Part shown: piece by piece, positions 10,128 through 20,340 of the stretch
Position numbering within the stretch: the first letter of the stretch is position 1
Layout: each line of letters starts with the position of its first letter
Assembly: GCA_029202405.1 (NCBI GenBank)
Contig: CP119312.1
Location: 4,070,569 to 4,134,568 of the forward strand
Origin: Candidatus Devosia phytovorans
Lineage (GTDB): Bacteria > Pseudomonadota > Alphaproteobacteria > Rhizobiales > Devosiaceae
Length of the DNA: 64,000 bases
Direction: 5' to 3'
Made by a program: the position numbers and the translations under genes
Notes under the pieces: generated by a model
The model's input: only the letters and a program-made list of their open reading frames with translations
Told to the model about the DNA's origin: nothing
Database searches by the model: none

Positions 10128-12158
10128 GTGACCCATCTCTTCACAGGCAGCATTGCCCGGCGGCTCTATAGCCTGCTGTTCGTTTTTGCCATCGGCTTTG
10201 CGGCCGTGGTGGCCTATCAGCTGTTCGCCCTGCGGCAGAGTCTGGACCAGTTCAAGCGCACGGAAATCCAGTCCGTGGTGCAGACCGGCGCGAGCATTGT
10301 CGAGCATTACTACGAACTGGCCCAGGCGGGCACGATGACGACCGAAGCGGCGCAAGCAGAGGCGCTCGATTCATTGCGGGCCGTGCGCTACCAGGGCGAG
10401 GAATATCTCTTCGTCGACAATTACGACTACATCAACGTCATGCATGCCTATCAGCCGGAAAAGCAGGGCACCAACCGCAAGGACGTGACCGACGGCAATG
10501 GCAAGCTCTATCTCGACGAGCTGATCACGCAGGCCAAGACGCAGGGCTCCTATTTCATCAATTATGCCTTCAAGGACAAGGACGGTGCGTTCAAGGACAA
10601 GGTCACCTATGCCCAGGCTTTCGAGCCCTGGGGGTGGGTAATTGCCTCGGGCGTGCTGATGACCACGGTGGAAGCCATTTTCTGGCAGGCGGCGATCACC
10701 AGCGCGCTGATCACGCTGGGCGTAATGGCGAGCGTACTGCTGTTGGGCGGCCTGATTGCCCGCGCCATCAGCAAGCCGGTCACAGGCCTCACCCAGGATA
10801 TGACGCGCATCGCCGACAATGACTTCTCGATCGTGCTTGAAGGTCAGGATCGTCGCGATGAGATCGGCGCCATGGCGCGCGCCGTGGAAGTGTTCCGTGA
10901 GAACGGGCTCAAGGTCAGCCAGATGACCGAGGCAGAAGCGGCCCGCATCATTTCCGACCAGAAGAACCGCCAGCAGATGATGAGCGAGCTGCAGTCGGCC
11001 TTCGGCAATGTTGTGGATGCGGCGATTGCCGGGGACTTCACCCGTCGCGTCGAGGCCGAATTCCCCGATCCCGAGCTCAATGGTCTTGCCAGCAGCGTCA
11101 ACAGCCTTGTCTCGACGGTCGATCGCGGACTTGAGGAGAGCGGCCAGGTGCTGACGGCGCTGGCCAATACCGATCTTACCAAGCGTGTCGAGGGTCAGTA
11201 TCAGGGCGCCTTCGCCCAGCTCAAGGCCGATACCAATGCGGTGGGTGACAAGCTGACCGATGTGGTGACCCAATTGCGCAATACCTCGCGCTCCCTGCGC
11301 GTGGCGACGGGTGAAATTCTCGCCGGTGCCAATGATCTGTCCGAACGTACGACCAAGCAGGCAGCGACGATCGAGGAGACTTCGGCTGCCATGGAGCAAC
11401 TGGCTTCCACCGTGCTGCAGAATGCCCAGCGCGCCAAGGATGCCAGCCTAAATGCGGCCGAAGTGACCCGCACTGCCGAAGAAGGCGGGCAGGTGATGGC
11501 CAAGGCCAATGAGGCCATGGCGGCGATTGAAACCAGTTCGGGCAAGATTTCCAATATCATCGGCATGATCGACGATATCGCCTTTCAGACCAATCTCCTG
11601 GCGCTCAATGCCTCTGTCGAGGCGGCGCGCGCCGGTGATGCCGGCAAGGGCTTCGCCGTGGTGGCGGTGGAAGTGCGCCGCCTGGCGCAGTCGGCGGCAT
11701 CTGCCTCGTCCGATGTGAAGGTGCTGATCGAGCAATCGGCCGGCGAGGTCGGGCTCGGTTCGCGCCTGGTCTCGGATGCGGCGGCGCGACTGACGGCCAT
11801 GCTCGATGCGGCGCGCTCGAACAACCAGTTGATGGACGGCATTGCGCGGGACAGCAATGAACAGGCTGCGGCGATCGACGAGGTCAATGTCGCGGTGCGA
11901 CAGATGGACGAGATGACGCAACACAATGCGGCGCTGGTCGAAGAAACCAATGCCGCCATCGAACAGACTGAGGCGCAAGCCAGCGCGCTCGATGACATCG
12001 TTGCCGTGTTCCACACCCATGGCTCTGCCCCGGCGCCCCGAAGCATTGCTCCGGCAGCGCCTGTAGCCTCGCGCAAGCCGGTAAGCGTCAGGAACGCTGC
12101 GGCCTCCTATCTCAGCCAGGGCAATGCAGCGCTGGCTACGGACTGGAGCGAATTCTAG
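10128..12158 (+). CDS. MCP 3: sCache_2-type sensor, C-terminal DWSEF
   Basis: Start moved to GTG 10128 (GGAG at 10117); EYLFV...VMH...DGNGK...[18 protein letters not shown]; signalling domain. Confidence 0.92.
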   Translation: MTHLFTGSIARRLYSLLFVFAIGFAAVVAYQLFALRQSLDQFKRTEIQSVVQTGASIVEHYYELAQAGTMTTEAAQAEALDSLRAVRYQGEEYLFVDNYDYINVMHAYQPEKQGTNRKDVTDGNGKLYLDELITQAKTQGSYFINYAFKDKDGAFKDKVTYAQAFEPWGWVIASGVLMTTVEAIFWQAAITSALITLGVMASVLLLGGLIARAISKPVTGLTQDMTRIADNDFSIVLEGQDRRDEIGAMARAVEVFRENGLKVSQMTEAEAARIISDQKNRQQMMSELQSAFGNVVDAAIAGDFTRRVEAEFPDPELNGLASSVNSLVSTVDRGLEESGQVLTALANTDLTKRVEGQYQGAFAQLKADTNAVGDKLTDVVTQLRNTSRSLRVATGEILAGANDLSERTTKQAATIEETSAAMEQLASTVLQNAQRAKDASLNAAEVTRTAEEGGQVMAKANEAMAAIETSSGKISNIIGMIDDIAFQTNLLALNASVEAARAGDAGKGFAVVAVEVRRLAQSAASASSDVKVLIEQSAGEVGLGSRLVSDAAARLTAMLDAARSNNQLMDGIARDSNEQAAAIDEVNVAVRQMDEMTQHNAALVEETNAAIEQTEAQASALDDIVAVFHTHGSAPAPRSIAPAAPVASRKPVSVRNAAASYLSQGNAALATDWSEF

Positions 12159-12328
12159 AGCCTGTCGGGAGCGGTCGTCGCGAGATGGCCGCTCCGACGC
12201 ACTCAATAAATTCGAATGAAGCGCTTATTTAACCATATGCTTTCTATGGTGGATTCCACGTCATGACCGTGGAGAGGAGCTGCGGGCGTGCCTTACAGGC
12301 AGTATTGCCGCAACTCCGGAAGACCGTC

Positions 12329-14734
12329 ATGGCCAGCCAGCTCAAACTTGCCTTCAAACTGCCCGCAATGGTTGTCGCCATCGCGCTGGTCACCGGCGCG
12401 AGCCTGGCTTTCGCCGCCTATTTTGCCAGTAGCGCCATCGTCAACGACCAGGCCGAGCAACGCCTGACGTCGGCAGCCGTCAATGCAAGGTCGGCGCTCG
12501 ATGCCTATCTGACGGAAATGGCCGAAGACCTAACGCTGTTTGCCGGGCGGTCGGAAATCGCCGCCAGCATCGACCTGTTCTCGGGCGCCATGCGCTCGAT
12601 GAAGGGTCAGGGCGATCCGACCGAACTGCTGCAGGACGCCTATATCACAACCAATCCCAATGCTCCCGCCGAGCGTATGCTGCTCGACAGCTCCGACAAG
12701 GTGCCGGTCTATGACCTGCATCATCGGAGCCTTCATGCCGACTTCCGCGACCTGCTGAGCAAACGCGGCTATTACGACGTCTTCCTGTTCGATACCGATT
12801 TCAACAATGTCTATTCGGTCGCCAAGGAAGCCGATTTCGGCACCAATTTCGCCGAAAACGGGGGGCCATGGGCCGATAGCGACCTGGGCCGCGTTGTGCG
12901 CCTCGCCATGGCAGGCCAAGAAGGACAGGTGTTTCTCACCGACTTTGCGCCCTATGGTCCAAGTGCTGGCGCGCCGGCCGGCTTCATTGCCGCGCCCGTC
13001 TATGACCAGGGCTTTCTGATTGGCGTGCTGGCCTTCCAGATGCCGACGAGCCGAATCGGCGAAGTGCTGGCCCGTACCGAGGGTCTGGGCGAGAGCGGAG
13101 AAACCTATCTTGTCGGGCAGGACGGGCTGGCGCGCAGCGACTCGGCCAAGACCGCCGGCAATGACGTCCTGCAGCTTTCCCTTCAGGGCGATGTGGTCAG
13201 CGCCGCGCTGGGCGGAACGCCCGGCATGGGCGAGATGCGGCACCATGACGGGGAGACCTATGTCGCCGAAGCCGAGCCCCTGAGCTTTGGCGGTGTGGAC
13301 TGGGCCGTGGTGTCGCTCGAAAGCAAGGCAGATATCGAGGCGCCGGCCGCCGGCCTGCGCAATACCATGCTGGTGATCGGCGCAGTGTTGCTGGCGCTGG
13401 CTGCGATCAACAGTGTGCTCATTGCCCGCACCATAACCCGGCCCATTTCGCGTCTGACCAATGCGATGACCGAGCTCGCGGGCGACAGGCTCGACATCGC
13501 CGTCCCGGGTCTCGATCGCGCGGACGAGCTTGGCCATATGGCGGACGCCGTGGATGTGTTCCGCGCCAATGGCCTCAAGATGCGCGACCTGCGTGCGGCC
13601 GAACTGGACAGCAGCGCCGAACGTGCCGGCGAAGTGCGCGTGATCCAGGCGCTACAGCTTGAAATCGGCCAGGTGGTCGATGCGGCGCTCGACGGCGATT
13701 TCAGCCACCGCATTCGCATTGAGCCGGCGGACGACGAGCTGCGTCGCCTGGCGCAGAACGTCAACAACCTCGTGGCTTCGGTCGATCAAGGACTAGCGGA
13801 GACCGGCACGGTGCTGGCGGCGCTGGCGCGGGCCGATCTCAGCCAGCGCATGGAGGGCCACTACAAGGGCGCCTTCGCGCGGCTGCAGGAAGACACCAAT
13901 GGGGTGGCGACACAGCTCGGCCAGATCGTCACCCAGTTGCGCGGCACGTCTGGAGCACTCAAGACCGCTACCAGCGAAATTCTTTCGGGTGCCAATGACC
14001 TGTCCGAACGCACGACGCGCCAGGCGGCGACCATCGAGGAGACCAGTGCGGCGATCGAGCAGCTTAGCCGCACGGTGGTCGACAATGCCGGCCAGGCCGA
14101 GCAGGCCAGCCAGAAGGCCCGTGCGGTCTCGGCCGAAGCCGAGGCGAGTGGCGCGGTCATGGTCGAAGCCACGGGCGCCATGGAGCGCATCACCCAGTCT
14201 TCGGCCAAGATTTCCAACATTATCGGCATGATCGACGACATCGCATTCCAGACCAACCTGCTGGCGCTCAATGCCTCGGTCGAGGCCGCGCGTGCCGGTG
14301 ATGCCGGCAATGGGTTCGCCGTGGTGGCGGTGGAAGTGCGGCGCCTGGCGCAGTCCTCGGCCGAGGCATCCTCGCAGATCAAGGCGCTGATCGAGCAGAG
14401 TGCCAGCGAAGTGCAGGGCGGTACCAAACTCGTCGCCAGCGCCGCCGAGCGGCTGGTGGGCGTGCAGGAGGCGATCCGAGCCAATGCCAGTCTGCTCGAT
14501 GCGATCGCCAAGGCCAGCCGCGAGCAGGCGGGGGCCATCGACGAGGTGACGACCGCTGTGCGGCAGATGGACGAGATGACCCAGCACAATGCGGCGCTGG
14601 TGGAAGAAACCAATGCCGCCATCGAGCAGACCGAGGCGCAGGCGGGCGAGCTGGACCGGGTGATCGGAGTCTTTACCCTGACGGATGCCGTCCGCGGCGT
14701 AGAGCTGGATCTGCCGCAGCGCCGCCGGGCCTGA
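12329..14734 (+). CDS. MCP 4: large dCache-like sensor, no tether pentapeptide
   Basis: Start moved to ATG 12329; about 340-aa periplasmic region with [24 protein letters not shown]; signalling domain; ends QRRRA. Confidence 0.92.
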   Translation: MASQLKLAFKLPAMVVAIALVTGASLAFAAYFASSAIVNDQAEQRLTSAAVNARSALDAYLTEMAEDLTLFAGRSEIAASIDLFSGAMRSMKGQGDPTELLQDAYITTNPNAPAERMLLDSSDKVPVYDLHHRSLHADFRDLLSKRGYYDVFLFDTDFNNVYSVAKEADFGTNFAENGGPWADSDLGRVVRLAMAGQEGQVFLTDFAPYGPSAGAPAGFIAAPVYDQGFLIGVLAFQMPTSRIGEVLARTEGLGESGETYLVGQDGLARSDSAKTAGNDVLQLSLQGDVVSAALGGTPGMGEMRHHDGETYVAEAEPLSFGGVDWAVVSLESKADIEAPAAGLRNTMLVIGAVLLALAAINSVLIARTITRPISRLTNAMTELAGDRLDIAVPGLDRADELGHMADAVDVFRANGLKMRDLRAAELDSSAERAGEVRVIQALQLEIGQVVDAALDGDFSHRIRIEPADDELRRLAQNVNNLVASVDQGLAETGTVLAALARADLSQRMEGHYKGAFARLQEDTNGVATQLGQIVTQLRGTSGALKTATSEILSGANDLSERTTRQAATIEETSAAIEQLSRTVVDNAGQAEQASQKARAVSAEAEASGAVMVEATGAMERITQSSAKISNIIGMIDDIAFQTNLLALNASVEAARAGDAGNGFAVVAVEVRRLAQSSAEASSQIKALIEQSASEVQGGTKLVASAAERLVGVQEAIRANASLLDAIAKASREQAGAIDEVTTAVRQMDEMTQHNAALVEETNAAIEQTEAQAGELDRVIGVFTLTDAVRGVELDLPQRRRA

Positions 14735-14768
14735 CGTTAAGACTTTGCAGCGACGGTGAACTACGTAG

Positions 14769-14799
14769 AAGGGCGCATTTGTTGCGCCCTTTTTATTTG
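14769..14799 (+). terminator. intrinsic terminator after MCP 4
   Basis: AAGGGCGCA-TTTGT-TGCGCCCTT then TTTATTT. Confidence 0.8.
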
Positions 14800-15109
14800 T
14801 TCCGATCCTGAAATTGGCGCTCCATTAACCTTTCGCGCGCAGGATCGCAGCCGGGACGCAGATCACAGAAACTTCATCGCCGGTTGGGATCGGCGGTGGC
14901 AAGGCGCGGTCGGCCATGATCCCACTTGTCTCCTGCATAGAACCAATGACAGCCCCACCAGCGGGCTGTGCCGGATATGGGAAATGCCCTCCATATGCCT
15001 GCGAGAGCAGCAGCCCAGGCCCGGGTTGGCTCGCAATCCTGTTTCACACCACATCAGCAGATTTCGAGCGCCGCCACGCGGCATGATCAGAGGCTGGAGG
15101 GCCTTCTCG

Positions 15110-16891
15110 ATGGGAATTTTCTCGCGTCAAAACAGGGATGATGACAGGGCCAAGGTGGATGCCATCATGCGCAGCCAGGCGGTCATCGAATTCAATCTCG
15201 ATGGTACCATCATTACCGCCAACGACAATTTTCTGGCAGCGCTCGGCTATCAGCTCAGCGAAATCCAGGGCAAGCACCACCGCATTTTCGTCGACCCGGA
15301 GGAGGCCAACTCGCCGGAATACAAGCAGTTCTGGACCGATCTGGCGCATGGCCAGTTCCAGTCAGCAGCCTATCGGCGTATTGCCAAGGGCGGCCGTGAA
15401 GTGTGGATCCAGGCGACCTACAATCCGGTTTTCGACAAGCGTGGCAAGCCGATCAAGGTGATCAAGTTCGCCACCGACATTACCCAGCAGAAAAACCAGT
15501 CAGCCGACCACGAGGCGCAGATCGCGGCCATCTCGCGCGCGCAGGCGGTGATCGAGTTCGGTCTCGACGGCACCATCCGGAATGCCAACGAAAATTTCCT
15601 CGCCACTCTGGGCTATTCGCTCGACGAAATCACCGGCAGGCATCATCGCATGTTTGTCGATCCCACCCATGCCTCGAGCGCCGAATATCGCCAGTTCTGG
15701 GAACGGCTGCGCAGCGGCGAATATGTGGCGGGCGAATTCCAGCGCGTCGGCAAGAATGGACAACCAATCTGGATCCAGGCCTCCTATAATCCCGTGCTCG
15801 ATGCGCAGGGGCGGCCGGTCAAGGTGGTCAAATTTGCCACCGACATCACGGAGCGCAAACGCGCCGAGGGGATTATTGCCCAGCTCAGCTCAAGCCTTGC
15901 CAAGATGGCGGAAGGCGATCTCAGCGGGCGGATCGATACCGAGTTTACCGGGGAATACGAGCAGCTGCGACAGGCCTTCAACCGCTCGCTGAGCCGGCTG
16001 CTGGATATCGTTTCGAGCCTGCGCAGCACATCGCGCTCGCTCAAGAATGCGACCGGGGAAATCCTCGCCGGTGCCAATGACCTGTCGGAACGCACCACCA
16101 AGCAGGCGGCCACGATCGAGGAAACCTCCGCCTCGGTCGAGCAGCTGTCGAGCGCGGTGCATGCCAATGCCGATCGTGCTGCCACGGCAAGCCAAAAGGC
16201 CAAGGCTGTAGCGACCAGCGCCACGGAAGGCGGTTCAGTGATGTCACAGGCCAATACGGCAATGGATGCTATTGAATCCTCCTCGGCCAAGATTTCCAAC
16301 ATCATCGGGCTGATCGACGACATCGCCTTCCAGACCAATCTGCTCGCCCTGAACGCTTCGGTCGAAGCAGCGCGGGCGGGCGATGCCGGCAAGGGTTTTG
16401 CCGTTGTGGCGGTTGAAGTGCGGCGACTGGCGCAGTCGGCGGCGCAGGCATCGAGCGAGGTCAAGGTGCTGATCGAGGCCAGTGCCAGCGAGGTCAAGGC
16501 GGGATCGCGCCTCGTCGGCCAGGTGGCCAGCAAGCTCAAGGATATCGTCACCGGCGCTCAGGAAAGCTCCGCGCTGATCGATTCCATTGCCCAGGCCAAT
16601 AGCGAGCAGTCCTCTTCGCTCGGAGAGGTGTCGGTTGCGGTTCGGCTGATGGACGAGATGACGCAACACAACGCAGCGCTGGTGGAAGAAACCAATGCCG
16701 CGATCGAACAGACCGAGGCACAGGCCAGCGAACTCGACCATATCGTCGAGATTTTCAAGCTGGACGAAAAGATGCCGCTGTCGCCGCCAGCCCGCTCGGC
16801 GCCGCCGGTGCAGTCGTCGGTCTCGCGCTACAAGCCAGCCTTGCGCACGGTCGGCAATGCAGCGGTTTCCGAGGACTGGAACGAGTTCTAG
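15110..16891 (+). CDS. MCP 5: cytoplasmic PAS-PAS chemoreceptor (BdlA/McpY-like), C-terminal DWNEF
   Basis: Start moved to ATG 15110 (GGAGG upstream); two repeats of AVIEF-DGTI-AN-NFL...WIQA-YNPV-D...[10 protein letters not shown]; no TM. Confidence 0.93.
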   Translation: MGIFSRQNRDDDRAKVDAIMRSQAVIEFNLDGTIITANDNFLAALGYQLSEIQGKHHRIFVDPEEANSPEYKQFWTDLAHGQFQSAAYRRIAKGGREVWIQATYNPVFDKRGKPIKVIKFATDITQQKNQSADHEAQIAAISRAQAVIEFGLDGTIRNANENFLATLGYSLDEITGRHHRMFVDPTHASSAEYRQFWERLRSGEYVAGEFQRVGKNGQPIWIQASYNPVLDAQGRPVKVVKFATDITERKRAEGIIAQLSSSLAKMAEGDLSGRIDTEFTGEYEQLRQAFNRSLSRLLDIVSSLRSTSRSLKNATGEILAGANDLSERTTKQAATIEETSASVEQLSSAVHANADRAATASQKAKAVATSATEGGSVMSQANTAMDAIESSSAKISNIIGLIDDIAFQTNLLALNASVEAARAGDAGKGFAVVAVEVRRLAQSAAQASSEVKVLIEASASEVKAGSRLVGQVASKLKDIVTGAQESSALIDSIAQANSEQSSSLGEVSVAVRLMDEMTQHNAALVEETNAAIEQTEAQASELDHIVEIFKLDEKMPLSPPARSAPPVQSSVSRYKPALRTVGNAAVSEDWNEF

Positions 16892-16961
16892 CGGTCTGCT
16901 GACAGGCTCTGTCAGGACCTCGGATGAAGGGTGGCCCGGCGTCACAACCCGGGCTGCCATC

Positions 16962-17342
16962 ATGCTCACCTCCGTCATCGATCCCGTCTATTCGAAAAGC
17001 TTCGCCGAACTGGTCGCGCCCTTGCCGGCGCCGGTGGGCGAATTGACGGCCCGGCTGGTGGCGCTGGTTGCCGCGCATCCCGGCCTTAGCGGCAAGGTGA
17101 TGACGGGCTGGCGCTCGGTCAATTTCCGTCATGGCCAGGCCGGCCATCTCTGTTCCGTCTTTCCCCATCCCGACCGCGTGTCGCTCTATTTCGAGCATGG
17201 CCGGATGCTGGCGCATGGCGATGGGTTGCTCGAAGGCGACGGCCTCAAGAGCGGGCGCTATCTGCGGCTTGTTCCGGGTGATGATATTCCGGTCGACCGG
17301 ATCGGCATGTTGCTGGGCGAGGCCATTGCCCTCTTTGCCTGA
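16962..17342 (+). CDS. DUF1801-like small protein
   Basis: ATG 16962; GWRSVNF...VSLYFEHG..L...LLEGDG..GRYL pattern. Confidence 0.7.
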   Translation: MLTSVIDPVYSKSFAELVAPLPAPVGELTARLVALVAAHPGLSGKVMTGWRSVNFRHGQAGHLCSVFPHPDRVSLYFEHGRMLAHGDGLLEGDGLKSGRYLRLVPGDDIPVDRIGMLLGEAIALFA

Positions 17343-17379
17343 AGCATGCTTGAAGCAGTCTCCAGCATGGAGATTGCTC

Positions 17380-17742
17380 ATGGCGCGCATCGGGCTCGTG
17401 GCTCACGACGACAAGAAGGACGATCTCTGCCGCTGGGCCGAGCATCACAAGCACAAGCTGGCACAGCACGAGCTTTGGGGCACAGGTACCACGGGCAGCC
17501 GCGTCATGGCCGCCACCGGCATGACGGTGACCCTGCTCAAGAGTGGTCCTTTGGGCGGCGATCAGCAGCTCGGCGCGATGATCTGCGAAGGCAAGCTCGA
17601 CATGCTGATCTTTTTCATCGATCCGCTCTCGGCCCAGCCGCATGACGTCGATGTCAAAGCCCTGACCCGCCTCGCAACGCTCTATGACGTGCCCTGCGCC
17701 AACAACAAATCCACAGCCGACGCGGTCCTCGCCTATCTCTGA
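17380..17742 (+). CDS. mgsA: methylglyoxal synthase
   Basis: IGLVAHDDKK, GTGTTG, SGPLGGDQQ, DPLSAQPHDVDV. Confidence 0.96.
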   Translation: MARIGLVAHDDKKDDLCRWAEHHKHKLAQHELWGTGTTGSRVMAATGMTVTLLKSGPLGGDQQLGAMICEGKLDMLIFFIDPLSAQPHDVDVKALTRLATLYDVPCANNKSTADAVLAYL

Positions 17743-17845
17743 CGGACCAGTTAGTTGACCCATTGCCCGCCTTATGAGCAGATGCCGCAAAATAGCCGGA
17801 ATAAAAACCGGCACGACTTGGCATTAGGAAAATCGGGACGGGCTC

Positions 17846-18628
17846 GTGTCCTCTGACTTGGTAATTGACGTTCGCAACGTCACAAAACGCTTTGGCGGGC
17901 TGACGGCCGTCAACAATTGCTCGCTCTCGGTGCGACGCGGCTCGGTGACCGGGCTGATCGGGCCCAATGGCGCTGGCAAATCGACGCTGTTCAATATCGT
18001 TGCCGGCAATATCGTGCCCGACGAGGGCGCGGTGATCTTTGACGGCAAGGACGTTACCGGCTTCAAGCCGCATGAACTGTTCCGCACCGGCATGCTGCGC
18101 ACTTTCCAAATCGCGCATGAATTCAGCCAGATGACGGCGCTCGAAAACCTGATGATGGTGCCGGGCGACCAGCCGGGTGAGCATCTGATGCAAACCTGGT
18201 TCCGGCCGGGCCTGGTCCGCTCGCGCGAGACGGAAGTGCGCAAGAAGGCGCTCGATGTCATCGATTTTCTGAAGCTCGGCCATGTGCGCAACGAACTGGC
18301 CGGCAATCTCTCGGGCGGTCAGAAAAAGCTGCTCGAGCTGGGCCGCACCATGATGGTCGATGCCAAGGTCGTGCTGCTCGACGAAGTTGCGGCCGGCGTC
18401 AACAAGACGCTGCTCAACGACCTGGCCGCCAATATCGAGCGGATGAACAAGGAGCTGGGCTATACGTTCTTTGTCATCGAGCATGACATGGATCTGATCG
18501 GTCGCCTCTGCGATCCGGTCATCGTAATGGCGCAGGGCGAAAAGATCGCCGAAGGCCCGATGGCCGAAATCCGCGCCAATCCCCAAATCGTCGAAGCCTA
18601 TTTCGGCACTCCGGTCGAGGTAGCGTAA
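17846..18628 (+). CDS. Liv-type ABC transporter ATPase (LivG-like)
   Basis: GPNGAGKS, LRTFQ, LSGGQKK, LLDE, IEHDM. Confidence 0.93.
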   Translation: MSSDLVIDVRNVTKRFGGLTAVNNCSLSVRRGSVTGLIGPNGAGKSTLFNIVAGNIVPDEGAVIFDGKDVTGFKPHELFRTGMLRTFQIAHEFSQMTALENLMMVPGDQPGEHLMQTWFRPGLVRSRETEVRKKALDVIDFLKLGHVRNELAGNLSGGQKKLLELGRTMMVDAKVVLLDEVAAGVNKTLLNDLAANIERMNKELGYTFFVIEHDMDLIGRLCDPVIVMAQGEKIAEGPMAEIRANPQIVEAYFGTPVEVA

Positions 18629-19332
18629 TGGCCCTGTTGCAACTCAAGCACGTCGTCGGCGGCTACGGCGGCGCGCCGATCCTCAATGGCGTCAACATGG
18701 CCATCGAGCAAAGCGATATCGGCGTGATCGTCGGCCCCAATGGCGCCGGCAAGTCGACCACGCTCAAGGCCATCTTCGGCCTGCTCAAGGTCACCGGCGG
18801 CACGGTGGATTTTTTGGGCGAGAACATCGCCAATTCGCTGCCCGACAAGCTGGTGCCCAAGGGCCTGAGCTTCGTGCCACAGGAAAAGAACGTCTTCACC
18901 TCGATGAGCGTCGAGGAAAATCTCGAAATGGGGGCCTTCACCCGCAAGGATGATTTCTCCGAGACCATGCAATGGGTCTACGAAATGTTCCCCGTGCTGG
19001 CCGAAAAGCGCCGCCAGCCGGCGGGCGAGCTTTCGGGCGGGCAGCGCCAGATGGTGGCCATGGGCCGCGCGCTGATGAGCAAGCCGAAGCTTTTGATGCT
19101 CGACGAGCCCTCGGCAGGGCTGTCGCCGCGCTATGTCATCGAAATCTTCGAGACCATCGTGCGCGTCAACAAGGAAGGCGTGGGCATCCTCATGGTCGAG
19201 CAGAATGCGCGCCAGGCGCTGGCCTTCGCATCAAAGGGCTTTGTGCTTGCACAGGGCCAGAACCGCTTCACCGGCACGGGGCAAGAGCTCATTGCCGATC
19301 CCGAAGTCGCCAAAAGTTTCCTCGGGGGCTGA
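18628..19332 (+). CDS. Liv-type ABC transporter ATPase (LivF-like)
   Basis: GPNGAGKS, LSGGQRQM, MLDEPS, MVEQN. Confidence 0.93.
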   Translation: MALLQLKHVVGGYGGAPILNGVNMAIEQSDIGVIVGPNGAGKSTTLKAIFGLLKVTGGTVDFLGENIANSLPDKLVPKGLSFVPQEKNVFTSMSVEENLEMGAFTRKDDFSETMQWVYEMFPVLAEKRRQPAGELSGGQRQMVAMGRALMSKPKLLMLDEPSAGLSPRYVIEIFETIVRVNKEGVGILMVEQNARQALAFASKGFVLAQGQNRFTGTGQELIADPEVAKSFLGG

Positions 19333-19335
19333 GCC

Positions 19336-20340
19336 GTGACCGAATTCATCTTCTTTATCAACCAGGTGGTCATTGCCGGCGCGGTGCTGGGCTGTATCTA
19401 TGCCCTGGGCGCCGTCGGCATCACGCTGGTCTTCGGCATCCTGCGCTTTGCCCATTTCGCGCATTCCGAGCTCATGACCTCGGGCGCCTTCTTTGCCTTT
19501 CTTTTGGCCAGCGCCTTTGCGGCATGGGGCATCGTGACACCGATCCCGACCGGCTTTGTCGTCCTGCCCATCGCCATGGTGGCTTCGGCCATCTTTGCGC
19601 TGGGCGTCGACAAGGGCTTTTATGCGCCGCTGCGCAAACGCGGCGCCAAGCCGGTGATCCTGCTGATCGCCTCCATCGGTGTCACGTTGATGGTGCAGGG
19701 CCTCATCCGCCTGTTCTTTGGCGCGGGCTCCTATTCGTTCTTCGAGACGGAGACCAAGGACGTCTTCCGCATCGACACGAGTTTTCTCGGTTCGACAAGG
19801 CCGCTGGTCATCACCGAGCCGCAGCTGATCATGATCGTGGTGACGGTCATTACAGTGCTGGCATTGCACTTCTTCCTGACCCGCTCGCGCCTGGGCAAGG
19901 GCATGCGCGCCATGGCCGACAATGCCGATCTGGCGCAGGTCTCGGGCATCAACACGGCGCTCGTCGTGCGCGTGACCTGGGTGGTTGCCGGGGCGCTGGC
20001 CTGCATGGCCGGCACCATGCTGGCGCTGGATGTGACGCTCAAGCCTGATCTGGCTTTCAACATCATCATCCCGATCTTTGCCGCCGCCATCGTCGGCGGG
20101 CTCGGCCAGGCCTATGGCGCCATTGCCGGAGGCCTGCTGATCGGCTTTGCCGAGTCGCTGGCCGTGTTCAACTGGACCATGGTGCTGCGGCCGCTCAATG
20201 CCGTGTTGCCGGAATGGGCACAATTGCCAGCAACGCTGTCGCTGGTGCCTACCGAATACAAGCTGACCGTTGCCTTCGTCATTCTCGTGGTCGTGCTGCT
20301 GGTTCGTCCCACGGGAATCTTCAAGGGAGCTTCGTCATGA
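19336..20340 (+). CDS. Liv-type ABC permease (LivH-like)
   Basis: Multi-TM; ALGAVGITLVFGILRFAHFAH; GKGMRAMADN. Confidence 0.92.
   Translation: MTEFIFFINQVVIAGAVLGCIYALGAVGITLVFGILRFAHFAHSELMTSGAFFAFLLASAFAAWGIVTPIPTGFVVLPIAMVASAIFALGVDKGFYAPLRKRGAKPVILLIASIGVTLMVQGLIRLFFGAGSYSFFETETKDVFRIDTSFLGSTRPLVITEPQLIMIVVTVITVLALHFFLTRSRLGKGMRAMADNADLAQVSGINTALVVRVTWVVAGALACMAGTMLALDVTLKPDLAFNIIIPIFAAAIVGGLGQAYGAIAGGLLIGFAESLAVFNWTMVLRPLNAVLPEWAQLPATLSLVPTEYKLTVAFVILVVVLLVRPTGIFKGASS

Noticed and set aside
6600-16750. Near-identical DNA blocks as a mobile repeat or CRISPR-like array
   Set aside because: They are the conserved signalling-domain coding sequences of paralogous MCPs, with no spacers, terminal repeats or cas genes
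12155-16915. Hairpins after MCP 3 (12164-12198) and MCP 5 (about 16899-16915) sharing a GACAGGCTCT 10-mer in opposite orientation
   Set aside because: The match is too short and the hairpins are otherwise different, so a REP family is not supported
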